Shown here one piece after another: positions 37,289-58,670 of a stretch of DNA of 64,000 nucleotides; within the stretch, counting starts at the first letter, position 1, and each line of letters begins with the position of its first letter. Both the position numbers and the translations under genes were made by a program. The stretch spans positions 353 to 64,352 of the forward strand of contig CAYYPK010000032.1 in assembly GCA_964473525.1 (NCBI GenBank), read 5' to 3'. The stretch is from an uncultured bacterium (GTDB lineage: Bacteria; Poribacteria; WGA-4E; GCA-2687025). The notes below the pieces were generated by a model that made no database searches, was not told where the DNA came from, and saw only the letters and a program-made list of their open reading frames with translations.

Positions 37289-39787
37289 ATGCTACTTGGC
37301 CCACGCCACGTACGGCGGCTGACCTTTCTGCTCCCGGCCCTCGCTGTTCTGCTGTGCGCCCATCCCGCCTCAGCAGATGTAGTCCTGGCGTCCGTGTTCA
37401 CGGACAGCATGGTTCTCCAACGCGATATCGCCGCGCCGGTCTGGGGCGGCGCCGACGCTGGCGAGGAGGTCTTCGTCGTGGTGGCCGGCCACGTCGAGTC
37501 GACCACCGCCGACGCGGACGGGAGGTGGCGCGTTGACCTGCCCCCGATGGCAGCGGGCGGCCCGCACACGCTGGTCGCGGAGGGGTCGAATCGCGTTGAG
37601 CTGACCGACGTGCTCATCGGCGATGTCTGGGTCGGCTCCGGTCAGTCCAACATGCAGTGGACGGTGTCGAACTCAGCCGACCCCGACGCGGAGATCGCCG
37701 CCGCCGACCATCCGAGCATTCGCCTGCTGTCGGTCCCTCGCAAGGTCGCGGGCGCCCCCGCGGACTCCGTCACCGCGACCTGGGTGGCCTGCAACCCGGC
37801 CTCGGTCGCCGGGTTCTCCGCGGTCGCGTACTACTTCGGGCGCCATCTCCATCGCGAGTTGAACGTGCCGATCGGTCTAATCCACACATCCTGGGGTGGC
37901 ACGCGAATCGAGGCGTGGATGAGCGCCGACGCAATGGCCGACCCAGACTACGCGCACGTGCTGACGGACTACGAGAAGCGCGAAGCGAAGTACGCCGAGG
38001 ACCTCGCAGCCTACGAGAGTCTGCAGGCAGCCTGGATGACCGCCAGGGCGCTACCCGCCGATGAGAAGCCCACGCCGCCGCCCGCTGCCGGGTGGCCGCC
38101 CTGGAAAGTGGACACGTGGCCGCAGCGGCCTTCCGGGCTGTACAACGCGATGATCTCTCCACTGATGCCGTTCGCCATCCGGGGCGCCATCTGGTACCAG
38201 GGCGAGAGCAACGCCAACTCCGCCTATCGGTACCGCAAGATGTTCCCCGCGATGATCCGCGACTGGCGCGACAAGTGGGGTCAGGGCGACTTCCCGTTCC
38301 TGTTCGTGCAGTTGGCGAACTTCACGTGGCCCACGCTGGCGCCGCAGGACAACGCGTGGGCGGAACTGCGCGAAGCCCAACTGATGACGCTATCTGAGCC
38401 CGCAACGGCGATGGCGGTTGCCATCGACATTGGCAACCCCACGGACATCCATCCCAAGAACAAGCAGGAGGTCGGCAGACGGCTCGCGCTGGGAGCGCTG
38501 GCGAAGGCGCACGCGCGGGACATCCCGTACTCTGGCCCGCTCTACAAGTCAGCGCGGCGCGCGGACGGGTCGCTGTTCCTCACGTTCGCGCATAGCGACG
38601 GGCTCGTCTACAACGGGCGGGAACATGCCGACCTCGAGGACTCGAGCGGGTTCGCCGTCGCTGGCGAAGACGGCGTATATCACTGGGCGGACGCGGAGGT
38701 CGTGTCCGCCGAACTGCGCGTCTGGAGCGACCACGTCGACGAGCCCGTGTCCGTGCGGTACGGATGGTCGGCGAACCCTCCGTCGACGCTCTACAACGCG
38801 GCGGGGTTGCCTGCATCTCCCTTCCGCACGGATGACGCGTCGGGCGTCACGGTCGTCGAGATTCCCCCGGCGCCCGAGAGCGGAACGGCTCCGGCCGCGA
38901 CCATCTCGGCGGAATTCCCCTACGAGTCGCTGTACGTGGAGGTACTGGGCGAGCAGCTGCACTACGTTGACGAAGGTGAGGGGTCGCCGATCCTCTTCCT
39001 GCATGGCAATCCGACATCGTCGTACCTGTGGCGCAATGTCATGCCTTTCTTGCAGCCGTCGGGCCGCGTCATCGCCGTCGACAACATCGGTTTCGGGAAG
39101 TCCGCGAAGCCCGACGGCGACTACACGTTCGCGTACCACAGCCGATATATCGACGGCTTCATTGAGGCGTTGGGCTTGCGCGACATCACCCTCGTCGCGC
39201 ACGACTGGGGTTCGGCCCTCGCCCTGCACTACGCCTCTCGGCATGAGGCGAATGTCCGTGGCGTCGCCTTCATGGAGGCGCTGGTTCCGCCAGCCGCGCC
39301 CATCGCGGATCTGTCCGCCGCGCCGGAGGACATGCGGGAGTTCCTGTCACTAATGCGCGGCCCCGTGCTCGGGCCGCAAGCCGTGATAGAAGCGAACGCC
39401 TTCGTCGAGGACATCCTGCCCAAGAACGTCGTGCGGAGCATGACCCACGCCGAGATGGAGGCGTATCGGGAGCCGTTCCTCGACCCGGCTACGCGAGGGC
39501 CGATCGTCGTCTGGCCTAATGAGATACCGGTCGAAGGGGAGCCAGCGGACACGACCGCGGCCGTCGATGCCTACGGGCGGTGGCTGATGGAGACGGACAT
39601 GCCTAAGCTCCACGTCTATGTCGCACCGGGGGTGATCAACCCGCCGCGGCTTGTCGAGGCGCTTTCGGGCATGCTGAGCAATTACGAGACCGCATACGTT
39701 GGCCGCGGTCTCCATTTCATCCAGGAGGATCACCCTGAGGCCATCGGGCGCGCGTTGGCTGACTGGTACAGGAGGCTAGCACACTAG
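37289..39787 (+). CDS. Secreted sialate O-acetylesterase (SGNH) fused to a haloalkane dehalogenase
   Basis: Signal peptide; GQSNM, WYQGESN, DIHPKNK and PASPFRTD; linker; then FLHGNPTSSYLWRN, HDWGSAL, FMEA and GLHFIQED. Confidence 0.9.
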   Translation: MLLGPRHVRRLTFLLPALAVLLCAHPASADVVLASVFTDSMVLQRDIAAPVWGGADAGEEVFVVVAGHVESTTADADGRWRVDLPPMAAGGPHTLVAEGSNRVELTDVLIGDVWVGSGQSNMQWTVSNSADPDAEIAAADHPSIRLLSVPRKVAGAPADSVTATWVACNPASVAGFSAVAYYFGRHLHRELNVPIGLIHTSWGGTRIEAWMSADAMADPDYAHVLTDYEKREAKYAEDLAAYESLQAAWMTARALPADEKPTPPPAAGWPPWKVDTWPQRPSGLYNAMISPLMPFAIRGAIWYQGESNANSAYRYRKMFPAMIRDWRDKWGQGDFPFLFVQLANFTWPTLAPQDNAWAELREAQLMTLSEPATAMAVAIDIGNPTDIHPKNKQEVGRRLALGALAKAHARDIPYSGPLYKSARRADGSLFLTFAHSDGLVYNGREHADLEDSSGFAVAGEDGVYHWADAEVVSAELRVWSDHVDEPVSVRYGWSANPPSTLYNAAGLPASPFRTDDASGVTVVEIPPAPESGTAPAATISAEFPYESLYVEVLGEQLHYVDEGEGSPILFLHGNPTSSYLWRNVMPFLQPSGRVIAVDNIGFGKSAKPDGDYTFAYHSRYIDGFIEALGLRDITLVAHDWGSALALHYASRHEANVRGVAFMEALVPPAAPIADLSAAPEDMREFLSLMRGPVLGPQAVIEANAFVEDILPKNVVRSMTHAEMEAYREPFLDPATRGPIVVWPNEIPVEGEPADTTAAVDAYGRWLMETDMPKLHVYVAPGVINPPRLVEALSGMLSNYETAYVGRGLHFIQEDHPEAIGRALADWYRRLAH

Positions 39788-39800
39788 CGTCGCATCCCGT

Positions 39801-39838
39801 GGGCCGCATTCCGCCCCCTTGCGGGCGGATTCCGGCCC
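39801..39838. other. Intergenic GC-rich hairpin (possible mRNA-stabilising or terminator-like element)
   Basis: GGGCCG-CAT-TCCGCCC-loop-GGGCGGA-TTC-CGGCCC; no U-tract. Confidence 0.45.
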
Positions 39839-39872
39839 CTGATACCGTCCGGGTCGAGGAGGGAGAACAGAT

Positions 39873-40664
39873 ATGTTGCGCTCGCTGTGCACGTACGCTG
39901 CTCTGATGGGACTTGCCGCGCTCGCCGTGACCCCCGCCGACGCGCGGATCGACTCGTCCACCGTCGAGGGCATGTGGCTCTTCGATGAGAACGGCGGTGG
40001 CTCCACCGAGGATGTATCGGGTAACGGCCGCGACGGTCAGTTCCTCGACGCCGCCTGGGCTGTAGAGGGTGCGTTCGGCGGCTCCGTCGAAATCGCGGGC
40101 GGCGACACGCACGTCGCCATCGACGACTACAACGGCGTTGGTGGATCCGACCCACGCACGACGGTCCTGTGGTTCAAGGGCGACACTGTCATCGAGCACT
40201 CTTGGGTGAAGTGGGGAGTCAACGTGGACACCCGCAAGTACTACATCCGTTCACACCTGAACGCTGGCGAGTGTTGGCTGAGGATAGAAACCGCTGGAGG
40301 CCAGCACTACGGCGGCACGAACGTCTGCGACGGCGAGTGGCATCATCTGGCCGTCACATTCCCTCCGGGATCGAGCATGGTGAAGGAGCACCTGCTCTAC
40401 GTTGACGGCGTCCTCGAGACGGAGACCGGCGGGAACGACGTCGGCGTGGACACGGACGTCGCGAGCCAACAGGTCGTCATCGGCGCGAGGCTCGCGAACC
40501 ACGTCAACGCGGAGGGTTTGATCGACGAGGTCGCCATATTCAGCGTTGAACTCGGCGAAGACGACATCAACCAGATCATGGACCAGGGACTGACCGGCGC
40601 GCTTGGCGTTGACCCCGCCGGCAAGACGGCGACCACGTGGGCGAACATCAAGAGCGTGCGGTAG
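39873..40664 (+). CDS. Secreted LamG-like jellyroll protein
   Basis: Signal peptide, WLFDE, DGEWHHLAVT, LYVDG and GLIDEVAIFS; C-terminal VDPAGKTATTWANIK. Confidence 0.9.
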   Translation: MLRSLCTYAALMGLAALAVTPADARIDSSTVEGMWLFDENGGGSTEDVSGNGRDGQFLDAAWAVEGAFGGSVEIAGGDTHVAIDDYNGVGGSDPRTTVLWFKGDTVIEHSWVKWGVNVDTRKYYIRSHLNAGECWLRIETAGGQHYGGTNVCDGEWHHLAVTFPPGSSMVKEHLLYVDGVLETETGGNDVGVDTDVASQQVVIGARLANHVNAEGLIDEVAIFSVELGEDDINQIMDQGLTGALGVDPAGKTATTWANIKSVR

Positions 40665-40666
40665 AG

Positions 40667-42910
40667 TCAGGCCTGTCGAAGCAGCTCCGCGATGTCGGTG
40701 TGCCCCTTCTTCTCGGCTCGCGCGATGGGAGCGTTCCATGGCTTGTCGTCGGGATGCGTCACCGTGGCGCCACGCTCTAGCAGTACGCGGGTGCAGTCCA
40801 TGCTGCCGACGTGCGCGGCCCACGCTAGTGTCCTTGACTCCAGCTCCCAGTCGCGCGCCTCGATGTCGGCGCCATGGTCCAACGCCCACTCGACCATGTC
40901 CGGGCGGTCGCGCATGGTGGCGTAGTGCAGTGGCGGCTGACCGAACCAGTTGGGCCAGTTGATGTCCTCGCCGTTATCGATGAGGAACTCGGCGAGCTCG
41001 ACCCGCCGATGCGCGAGGCACTGCGCGAGCGCCGTTTGCCACGTCCGCACCATCTTGGGATCGAGTCGCGCGCCGTGGCGCATCATCAGCTTCACGATGG
41101 CGAGATGGCCCTGCTGAATGGCGTTGCCGTACAGATGGTCCTGAGCCTTCGAAGGGTCAGCAGCCAGAATCTCCGCGCACAGGTCGAGACGTCCTGCGTT
41201 GGCGGCGCTGGACAGACCGGCGACGGCGCCGTGCTCGTAGAGCAGACCGCGCAACTCCTCGTTAGTCGACGTGACCAGCGCGTAGCTGACGTCGCCGGAA
41301 GCGTGCCACCCCGCCTTGATGCTGGCGCCCGCCTCCAACAACATCCGCGCCAATGTGGCGTTCTCGTTCACGCGCGTGACCGCATAGAGGGCATACCCAC
41401 GGTCTGCGAAGTTGTCCTCGGGTAGGTTGGGATCCGCGCCCCGGTCCAGAAGCAGCCTCGCCATCTCTCCATGGCCTCGTTCCGCAGCGCAGGAGAGCGG
41501 GCGCACGCCGTTCGTATCGCGGAAGTTCACTAGGGACGCGTCCTCGTCCAGCAGGCGCGCCACCGTCGCGCGATCGTCACGCGCGGCGGCAACACAGATC
41601 GAGTGCTGCGCGCCCTTGCCTAGCAGATATCCGACCATCGCCCAGTTGTCTCGCATCTTGCGCCACTGGTTCTCCCACAGGGCGACGTGTATGGGTCTGA
41701 AGCCGTCGCCCCGGACGCCCTCGAGGTCGGCGCCCCGTTCGACGAGCAGTTCCACGAGGTCCATACGGTCCATGTCGGCCGCGACATGGAGCGGCTGCCG
41801 GCTTCCGATCTGGTCCGACACGATCTCGGCGACGTTGACGAGAGACGCGTCCTCGTCGAGTAGTTCGATGACGCGCCGGGCGTCGCCGGCCGCCACGGCC
41901 TGGCAGATGAGGGCGCCGCGCGTAGGAGCGCCTTGCGTGCGACTGTTAACAGCCGCCTCGAGTAGTCGCACGGTGTCCTCGTGTCCGCGGTCGCGCGCGG
42001 CTTCCAACGGGTTCTTGTACCCGTGCCACCAGACGTGCGACAGCGGGTCGGCGCCCGCGTCAAGGAGCAGCTCCACGATGTCGGCGCGCCCCATGCGGGC
42101 GGCGAAGTGTAGCGGCTGCCAGTACCCGATGTTCACAGTCAGAAGCTTGGGGTTGTCCGCGAGCATGTCCCGCACCGTGGCGGCGTCGCCATCGTTGGCC
42201 GCGGTAAGAATGCGCCACGTGTCTCCATCGAGCCCGGGCGGACGCGCCATTGCTTCGTCCACAAAGCGTCCATCACGAGACGGCCGGTTCGCTCTCACTT
42301 CGTCGGCGGACATCGCGGACATCCTCTCTTTGAGTTTGCGGCGCGCAGCCCGGAGCCGGTTGTCCACCGTGCTGGCGGGGAGCTCCAGGAACGTGGCGAT
42401 CTGCCGGTACGAGTATTCGTCCAAGTGGAACAGGACCAGCAGGATCCGGTCGGCTTCCGGCAGCGATCTCAACGACTGGCGGACGAGCAATGACTGTTGC
42501 TGTGCCTCGACAGCCGTCAACGCGTCCGGCTGAGGGGTAGCCGCATCGACAGCCGCTGCGATGGACACGGTCGGTACACCCCTACGGCGCAGGCGGCGAT
42601 GGCAGCGCGTTTGCACGATGCGGCGAAACCAGCCTGGGAACGCCTCGAGTTCGCGCAGATCCTCCAGGCGAACCCACGCGTCCATGAACGCCTCTTGGGC
42701 GGCGTCCTCGGCGTGCTGCGCGTCCTCTAGCAGCGCGAACGCGCAGCCGAACGCCATGTCCTGGAACCGCCGCACGATCTCCGAATACGCGGCGTCGCGT
42801 TCCTGACGTCGGGCCTTCGCCTGCTGCACGAGGCCGACGAGTTCGGCTGTCGTTGTGGTTGTCGCGTCCGGCATATGTGGCGCCCACGGGTCGGCGTGAT
42901 CGAGGAACAC
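40667..42910 (-). CDS. ECF sigma factor fused to an ankyrin-repeat domain (alternative start ATG 42874)
   Basis: AEDAAQEAF..AFPGWFRRIV and SYRQIATFL..TVDNRLRAAR, then roughly 13-14 ankyrin repeats (PLHFAARMG..IVELLLDAGAD etc.). Confidence 0.92.
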   Translation of the reverse strand: MFLDHADPWAPHMPDATTTTTAELVGLVQQAKARRQERDAAYSEIVRRFQDMAFGCAFALLEDAQHAEDAAQEAFMDAWVRLEDLRELEAFPGWFRRIVQTRCHRRLRRRGVPTVSIAAAVDAATPQPDALTAVEAQQQSLLVRQSLRSLPEADRILLVLFHLDEYSYRQIATFLELPASTVDNRLRAARRKLKERMSAMSADEVRANRPSRDGRFVDEAMARPPGLDGDTWRILTAANDGDAATVRDMLADNPKLLTVNIGYWQPLHFAARMGRADIVELLLDAGADPLSHVWWHGYKNPLEAARDRGHEDTVRLLEAAVNSRTQGAPTRGALICQAVAAGDARRVIELLDEDASLVNVAEIVSDQIGSRQPLHVAADMDRMDLVELLVERGADLEGVRGDGFRPIHVALWENQWRKMRDNWAMVGYLLGKGAQHSICVAAARDDRATVARLLDEDASLVNFRDTNGVRPLSCAAERGHGEMARLLLDRGADPNLPEDNFADRGYALYAVTRVNENATLARMLLEAGASIKAGWHASGDVSYALVTSTNEELRGLLYEHGAVAGLSSAANAGRLDLCAEILAADPSKAQDHLYGNAIQQGHLAIVKLMMRHGARLDPKMVRTWQTALAQCLAHRRVELAEFLIDNGEDINWPNWFGQPPLHYATMRDRPDMVEWALDHGADIEARDWELESRTLAWAAHVGSMDCTRVLLERGATVTHPDDKPWNAPIARAEKKGHTDIAELLRQA

Positions 42911-43306
42911 GCGTCTACCTGTACTCTTACCCTCAAGGAGCCACTACGACGCGGTTTCCGTACGCGATTCGCGGCTCCACCCGCCAGGACAGGTCGCGGC
43001 GTCGGTCTGTGGGCATCCAACGGGCATGATCCTCTGTCGACAGAGGCGTCCGTGAGGTACCAAGGCGTGGTTGGCGTAACCGCTCGAGCGGGGGCCACTC
43101 GTATCTCGTATCGAGCGTTGCAAGGCCGACGGTTGTACGCCATCCTTTCACAGGGCCGGAGTGGCCGATCCTGGTTGGTACGGCGCGCGCGTTCAGCGCG
43201 GCCGGAATGGCGCAACTTGGGGTTGGGCGCCGCCCGTTTCTACTGTGGAATCACCCGCGGAAGTCGGACGTTGCAAGTGGGGCAATCACTACGCAGGGGG
43301 CAGTAG

Positions 43307-54917
<11,611 letters not shown>

Positions 54918-54921
<4 letters not shown>

Positions 54922-55946
54922 ACACACCAACGCCGCGCCGCATGAAATCAACCGCGTGGATCGTCGGCATGCTGCTCCTGTGTCCTCTGCTCGCGGTGGC
55001 GTCGGGCCGCCTGGGAGGCACGTCCGCGAATCTGGGCGTAGGCGCCCGGGCCGAGGCGATGGGTGGCGCGTTCGTGGCGGTCGCTGACGACGCATTCGCT
55101 CTCTACTGGAATCCAGCGGGGCTCGGACTGGTAAGCGAATCCCGGCTGTCGGGCGCGCACACCGAGTACCTCGCGGGCATCCGGTACGAGTGGGTGGGCT
55201 TCGTGCAACCCGTGCAGGAGGTCGGCAGCGTCGGGGCCAGCGGCCAGTTCCTCTTCGGAGGCGATGTGGCGCACACCGTAGAGACGCCAGCGGGCATCGA
55301 GGAGCGTGGCACGTTCGCGTACACCGGGCGGCGCACTCAGGTGGCGCTGGGATCCAAGCCGCTGGGGCGCTTCCGCGTTGGAGGCGGCATAGAACTCGCG
55401 CGTGAGGGCTTCGACTTCTCGAGCGCGGCGGCGGAGATACCCGCCTCGCGCGCGGACATGACGCTCCTACATCTCGGCGGCCTCTACGCGCCGCCGCTGG
55501 ACGGTCTGCGGGTCGGAGCGGCGCTGCGCAACCTCGGGAGCGACGTGGAACTCGCTGGCGAGCCCGCGCCCGTCCCACGGCTGCTCCAAGTCGGCGCGAG
55601 CTACGAACGCCGCATGGAGTCGCTGCCAGAAGACCCCGGGGTCGATGCCTTCGAAATGGGCGTGGCGCCTACCGTGGTAACCGACGCCGCGGTACTCACG
55701 CTGAGCGTGGACCTGCGCTTCATGCGCGAGGAAAGCCCCAGCTTGCGCGCGGGGTCGGAGTACCGTTTTCACAACGGTTTTGCCGTCCGCGCGGGCTACC
55801 GCAGTGACGGCCCGTTCGACCTGGCATCCCGCCTGAGCGCCGGCCTTGGCTACTTGACGGACTCGTACGAAGCGGACTACGCCGTCGCCCCGCTGGGCGA
55901 CCTCGGCGTCGTGCACCGGGTCTCTTTCACGCTGCGTTTCCCCTAG
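54918..55946 (+). CDS. PorV/PorQ-family outer-membrane beta-barrel protein
   Basis: GVGARAEAMGGAFVAVADD..ALYWNPAGL, LRAGSEY..VRAGY and DYA..LG..HRVSF; ATGA-coupled to the giant gene. Confidence 0.88.
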
Positions 55947-55952
55947 CGCCCG

Positions 55953-57350
55953 CTACGCCAGCAGTGACCAATCCGGCCGCCGCTCCGGGTCGCCGAGAGG
56001 CCCGTAGGCGTTCCGCACGACGCGCCGTTGCTCGTCGAACCAGTTCGCGGAGTCTGTGCACGGAGCCAGCCGATCTCCCCGCGCCGCCATGAGCGACCGC
56101 AACCGCCGGTCGAGATCCTGTTCGACGTCCTCCACCTCCGCCTCTCCTGTCAAGTTGCGCATCTGCAGGGGGTCGGCGTTGAGGTCGAACAGCTCCGTGG
56201 TCCCGTCCAGCCACCTTGTGTAGACGTGTTGCTTCGTTCGCACGCCTCGCCATTCCTCGCCGTCGACGAGGTAGTCGTACGCCTTGGTGAAGTTCATCGT
56301 GAAGACAGCGTCCTGCTGCTCCGCTCCGTCGCGTCCAAGCCATGCATCGGACAGGTCGATGCCCTCCACCGTCCGCGGCGCCGGCACGCCAGATAGCCCA
56401 CATAGCGTCGGGAATAGGTCGACCGGCGCGGTGAGAACGTCACACGCCCCGCCACCCTCGAACGAGCCCGGGAGCCGCGCGATCATCGGGACGAGCAACG
56501 ACTCCTCGTACGGCAGCTTCTTTGCCCACGGTGGACGCCCCTGCGCGCCCATCTGCGTGCCGTGATCCGACGTGAAGATGAGCAGCGTGTTGTCCGCGAG
56601 CCCAGACTCGTCGAGGTAGGCCATCACCTGCCCGAGCATGTCGTCGATGGCGAGCGTCATGGCGAGGTAGTCGCGGTACGCGGAGAGCGCGCCCTCGCGC
56701 ATGTCGTCCGGGACGTTCGCGGGCAGATGGAGCGTGTCAGGCAGCCGGTCGTAGTAGGTCTGGGGGGCGAACGCATCGCCCGTGAAGTGCGGCTGATGTG
56801 GCGAGATGAACAGGCAGAACGGATCGTCGCCTGGTACCGACATGAACTCCTTCGCATAGCCGACAAGAGCATCGGTCTCGTAGCCCTCCCATCTCTCGGA
56901 GCGCCAGTCGCCGCTGTTGACCGTCCCGCCGAAGTAATCCGTGTGGAAGTTGTACCCGCGCCAGTGGTCGAAGCCGAGTCGGTCGCGCCCTTCTGGTACG
57001 AAGTCCGGGCCGCTGATCTGCGGAAACGAGCCGCGATGCAGATGCCACTTTCCTACCCAGCCCGTGCGGTACCCCGCGCGGCCGAACGCGTCGCCCAGAC
57101 CTATTTCGTCGTGGCGCGTGTTCACGAAGTTGATGAGATGTCCCGTCGTCTGCGGGTGGCGGCCCGTGAGCAGCATCGACCGATACGGCGTGCAGACCGG
57201 GCAGGTCGAGATCATGTTCGTGAACGTCACGCCCTGCTCCGCAAGCCGCGCCATGTTCGGCATCGGCGCCTGCGGCTCGACGTAAGGCGGCGTGTCACAG
57301 GCTCGGAGCTGATCCGCGAACAGATACACGATGTTAGGGCGGTTCGTCAC
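55953..57350 (-). CDS. Sulfatase (Cys-type, formylglycine-dependent)
   Basis: PNIVYLFADQ, CTPYR..LLTGR, GKWHL and FTSDHG; GGAGG RBS before GTG. Confidence 0.94.
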   Translation of the reverse strand: MTNRPNIVYLFADQLRACDTPPYVEPQAPMPNMARLAEQGVTFTNMISTCPVCTPYRSMLLTGRHPQTTGHLINFVNTRHDEIGLGDAFGRAGYRTGWVGKWHLHRGSFPQISGPDFVPEGRDRLGFDHWRGYNFHTDYFGGTVNSGDWRSERWEGYETDALVGYAKEFMSVPGDDPFCLFISPHQPHFTGDAFAPQTYYDRLPDTLHLPANVPDDMREGALSAYRDYLAMTLAIDDMLGQVMAYLDESGLADNTLLIFTSDHGTQMGAQGRPPWAKKLPYEESLLVPMIARLPGSFEGGGACDVLTAPVDLFPTLCGLSGVPAPRTVEGIDLSDAWLGRDGAEQQDAVFTMNFTKAYDYLVDGEEWRGVRTKQHVYTRWLDGTTELFDLNADPLQMRNLTGEAEVEDVEQDLDRRLRSLMAARGDRLAPCTDSANWFDEQRRVVRNAYGPLGDPERRPDWSLLA

Positions 57351-57373
57351 GGTGTCGCCTCCACGGCACGAGA

Positions 57374-58558
57374 TCAGTCGATCGCGTGCAGACCGGCGCG
57401 CTCGCGCGCCTCGACGCGCCACGCCGCGTGAGTGAGTTCGTCGCGTAGCCTGGTCCACTCCTCGTCGCCGTACACGTTCAAGTCGTCGCGTGGGATGCCG
57501 GGCACCTCGGCGCCCAACGCCATCGTTCCGGCTTCGCGCTCCTCGGTCGCGTAGTAGCGGTCCATCTGGACGTTGTTCGCGGCCGCCCACGTCCCTATGT
57601 GCGTCTCGGGCATGGCCTCGATGGTTCCCGGTGTCCACGCGGGGAACCGCAGGCGTCCGTGTAGCCATGCCGCGACGGGACGAGTAACGAAGAACGGCCG
57701 ATGGGACGCGTCCGGGTCGAACCCGACGTCGAATGCCGCGGCGCCGTTCCCAATGCGTTGCACGGTCCTTGCGCGGAGATCCTCGAAGAAGGACTCGCCG
57801 TGGTTGGGTATATTCACCACTTCGTCCCGCAGGCCGTTGTACAGCAACGTGGGGCCGCGCGCGGCGTGCATTGCGTAGAGTTCAGCGCCACGGTCGCCCA
57901 GGAACGAAAGCGCTCGGTACGGCGTGGCAGTGCACATGGGCTTTGTGTTGTCCCAGTATTCGTCCGGCCCGTCCAGGTTGCCGCCGCCCGCGTGCACGCA
58001 CGCGTGGATGCGGTCGTCGACCGCGCCGGTGATCGCCACGACGTACGACCCCAGCGAATACCCGACGGCAGCGATGCGCGTATCGTCCACGTCGGCCCGC
58101 CCGCGCAGGTAGGACACGGCCTGCATGAGGTCGGCCATCATGAGACCCGCTACCCAAGGAGCCAGCCGCTCTGGTTCCTCCACCGCGTCGTGCGCGCGAG
58201 TTCCCGACCGCCGCTCGACGTTGCGTTCGCCCTCGCCCGTGGGATCGTACGTCAGGACCACGGCCCCCGCCCGCGCGTATAGGACGCCGGTGTAGAACGC
58301 GTACCAACTGTACTTGTCGCCGCCGTGGCCGTTCACAACGACGACCGCTGGCGCCGGGGCGTCGGCGGCGTGCGCGGGCCGATACACGATGGCTGGCACG
58401 CGCATGTCGAATTGCGTGCCGAAGCTAATGCGTTCAGCGACGACGCGCGCCTCGGGCTCGAACGAGCCGTGGATCTCCGCGCGTGGCTGGGGCAGCGGCG
58501 TGGGAACGTGGAACGTCGCGAGGATCCGACGTCTTGCGTCGTGTGGTTGTCCAGGCAT
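57374..58558 (-). CDS. Alpha/beta hydrolase (acetylxylan esterase / dienelactone hydrolase-like)
   Basis: VNGHGG, YDPTGEGER, nucleophile elbow GYSLG and C-terminal His (SHRP). Confidence 0.82.
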   Translation of the reverse strand: MPGQPHDARRRILATFHVPTPLPQPRAEIHGSFEPEARVVAERISFGTQFDMRVPAIVYRPAHAADAPAPAVVVVNGHGGDKYSWYAFYTGVLYARAGAVVLTYDPTGEGERNVERRSGTRAHDAVEEPERLAPWVAGLMMADLMQAVSYLRGRADVDDTRIAAVGYSLGSYVVAITGAVDDRIHACVHAGGGNLDGPDEYWDNTKPMCTATPYRALSFLGDRGAELYAMHAARGPTLLYNGLRDEVVNIPNHGESFFEDLRARTVQRIGNGAAAFDVGFDPDASHRPFFVTRPVAAWLHGRLRFPAWTPGTIEAMPETHIGTWAAANNVQMDRYYATEEREAGTMALGAEVPGIPRDDLNVYGDEEWTRLRDELTHAAWRVEARERAGLHAID

Positions 58559-58670
58559 GGAGTCCGAGTCTCTGGAGCTGTCGCGTCTGAGGGCAGCTTA
58601 CCGCATCACCCGGCCGGCGCCACCCGTCTCGTAGTCCGAGCCGCTCGCAGGTCGGTCAGAGACCCTTCGC

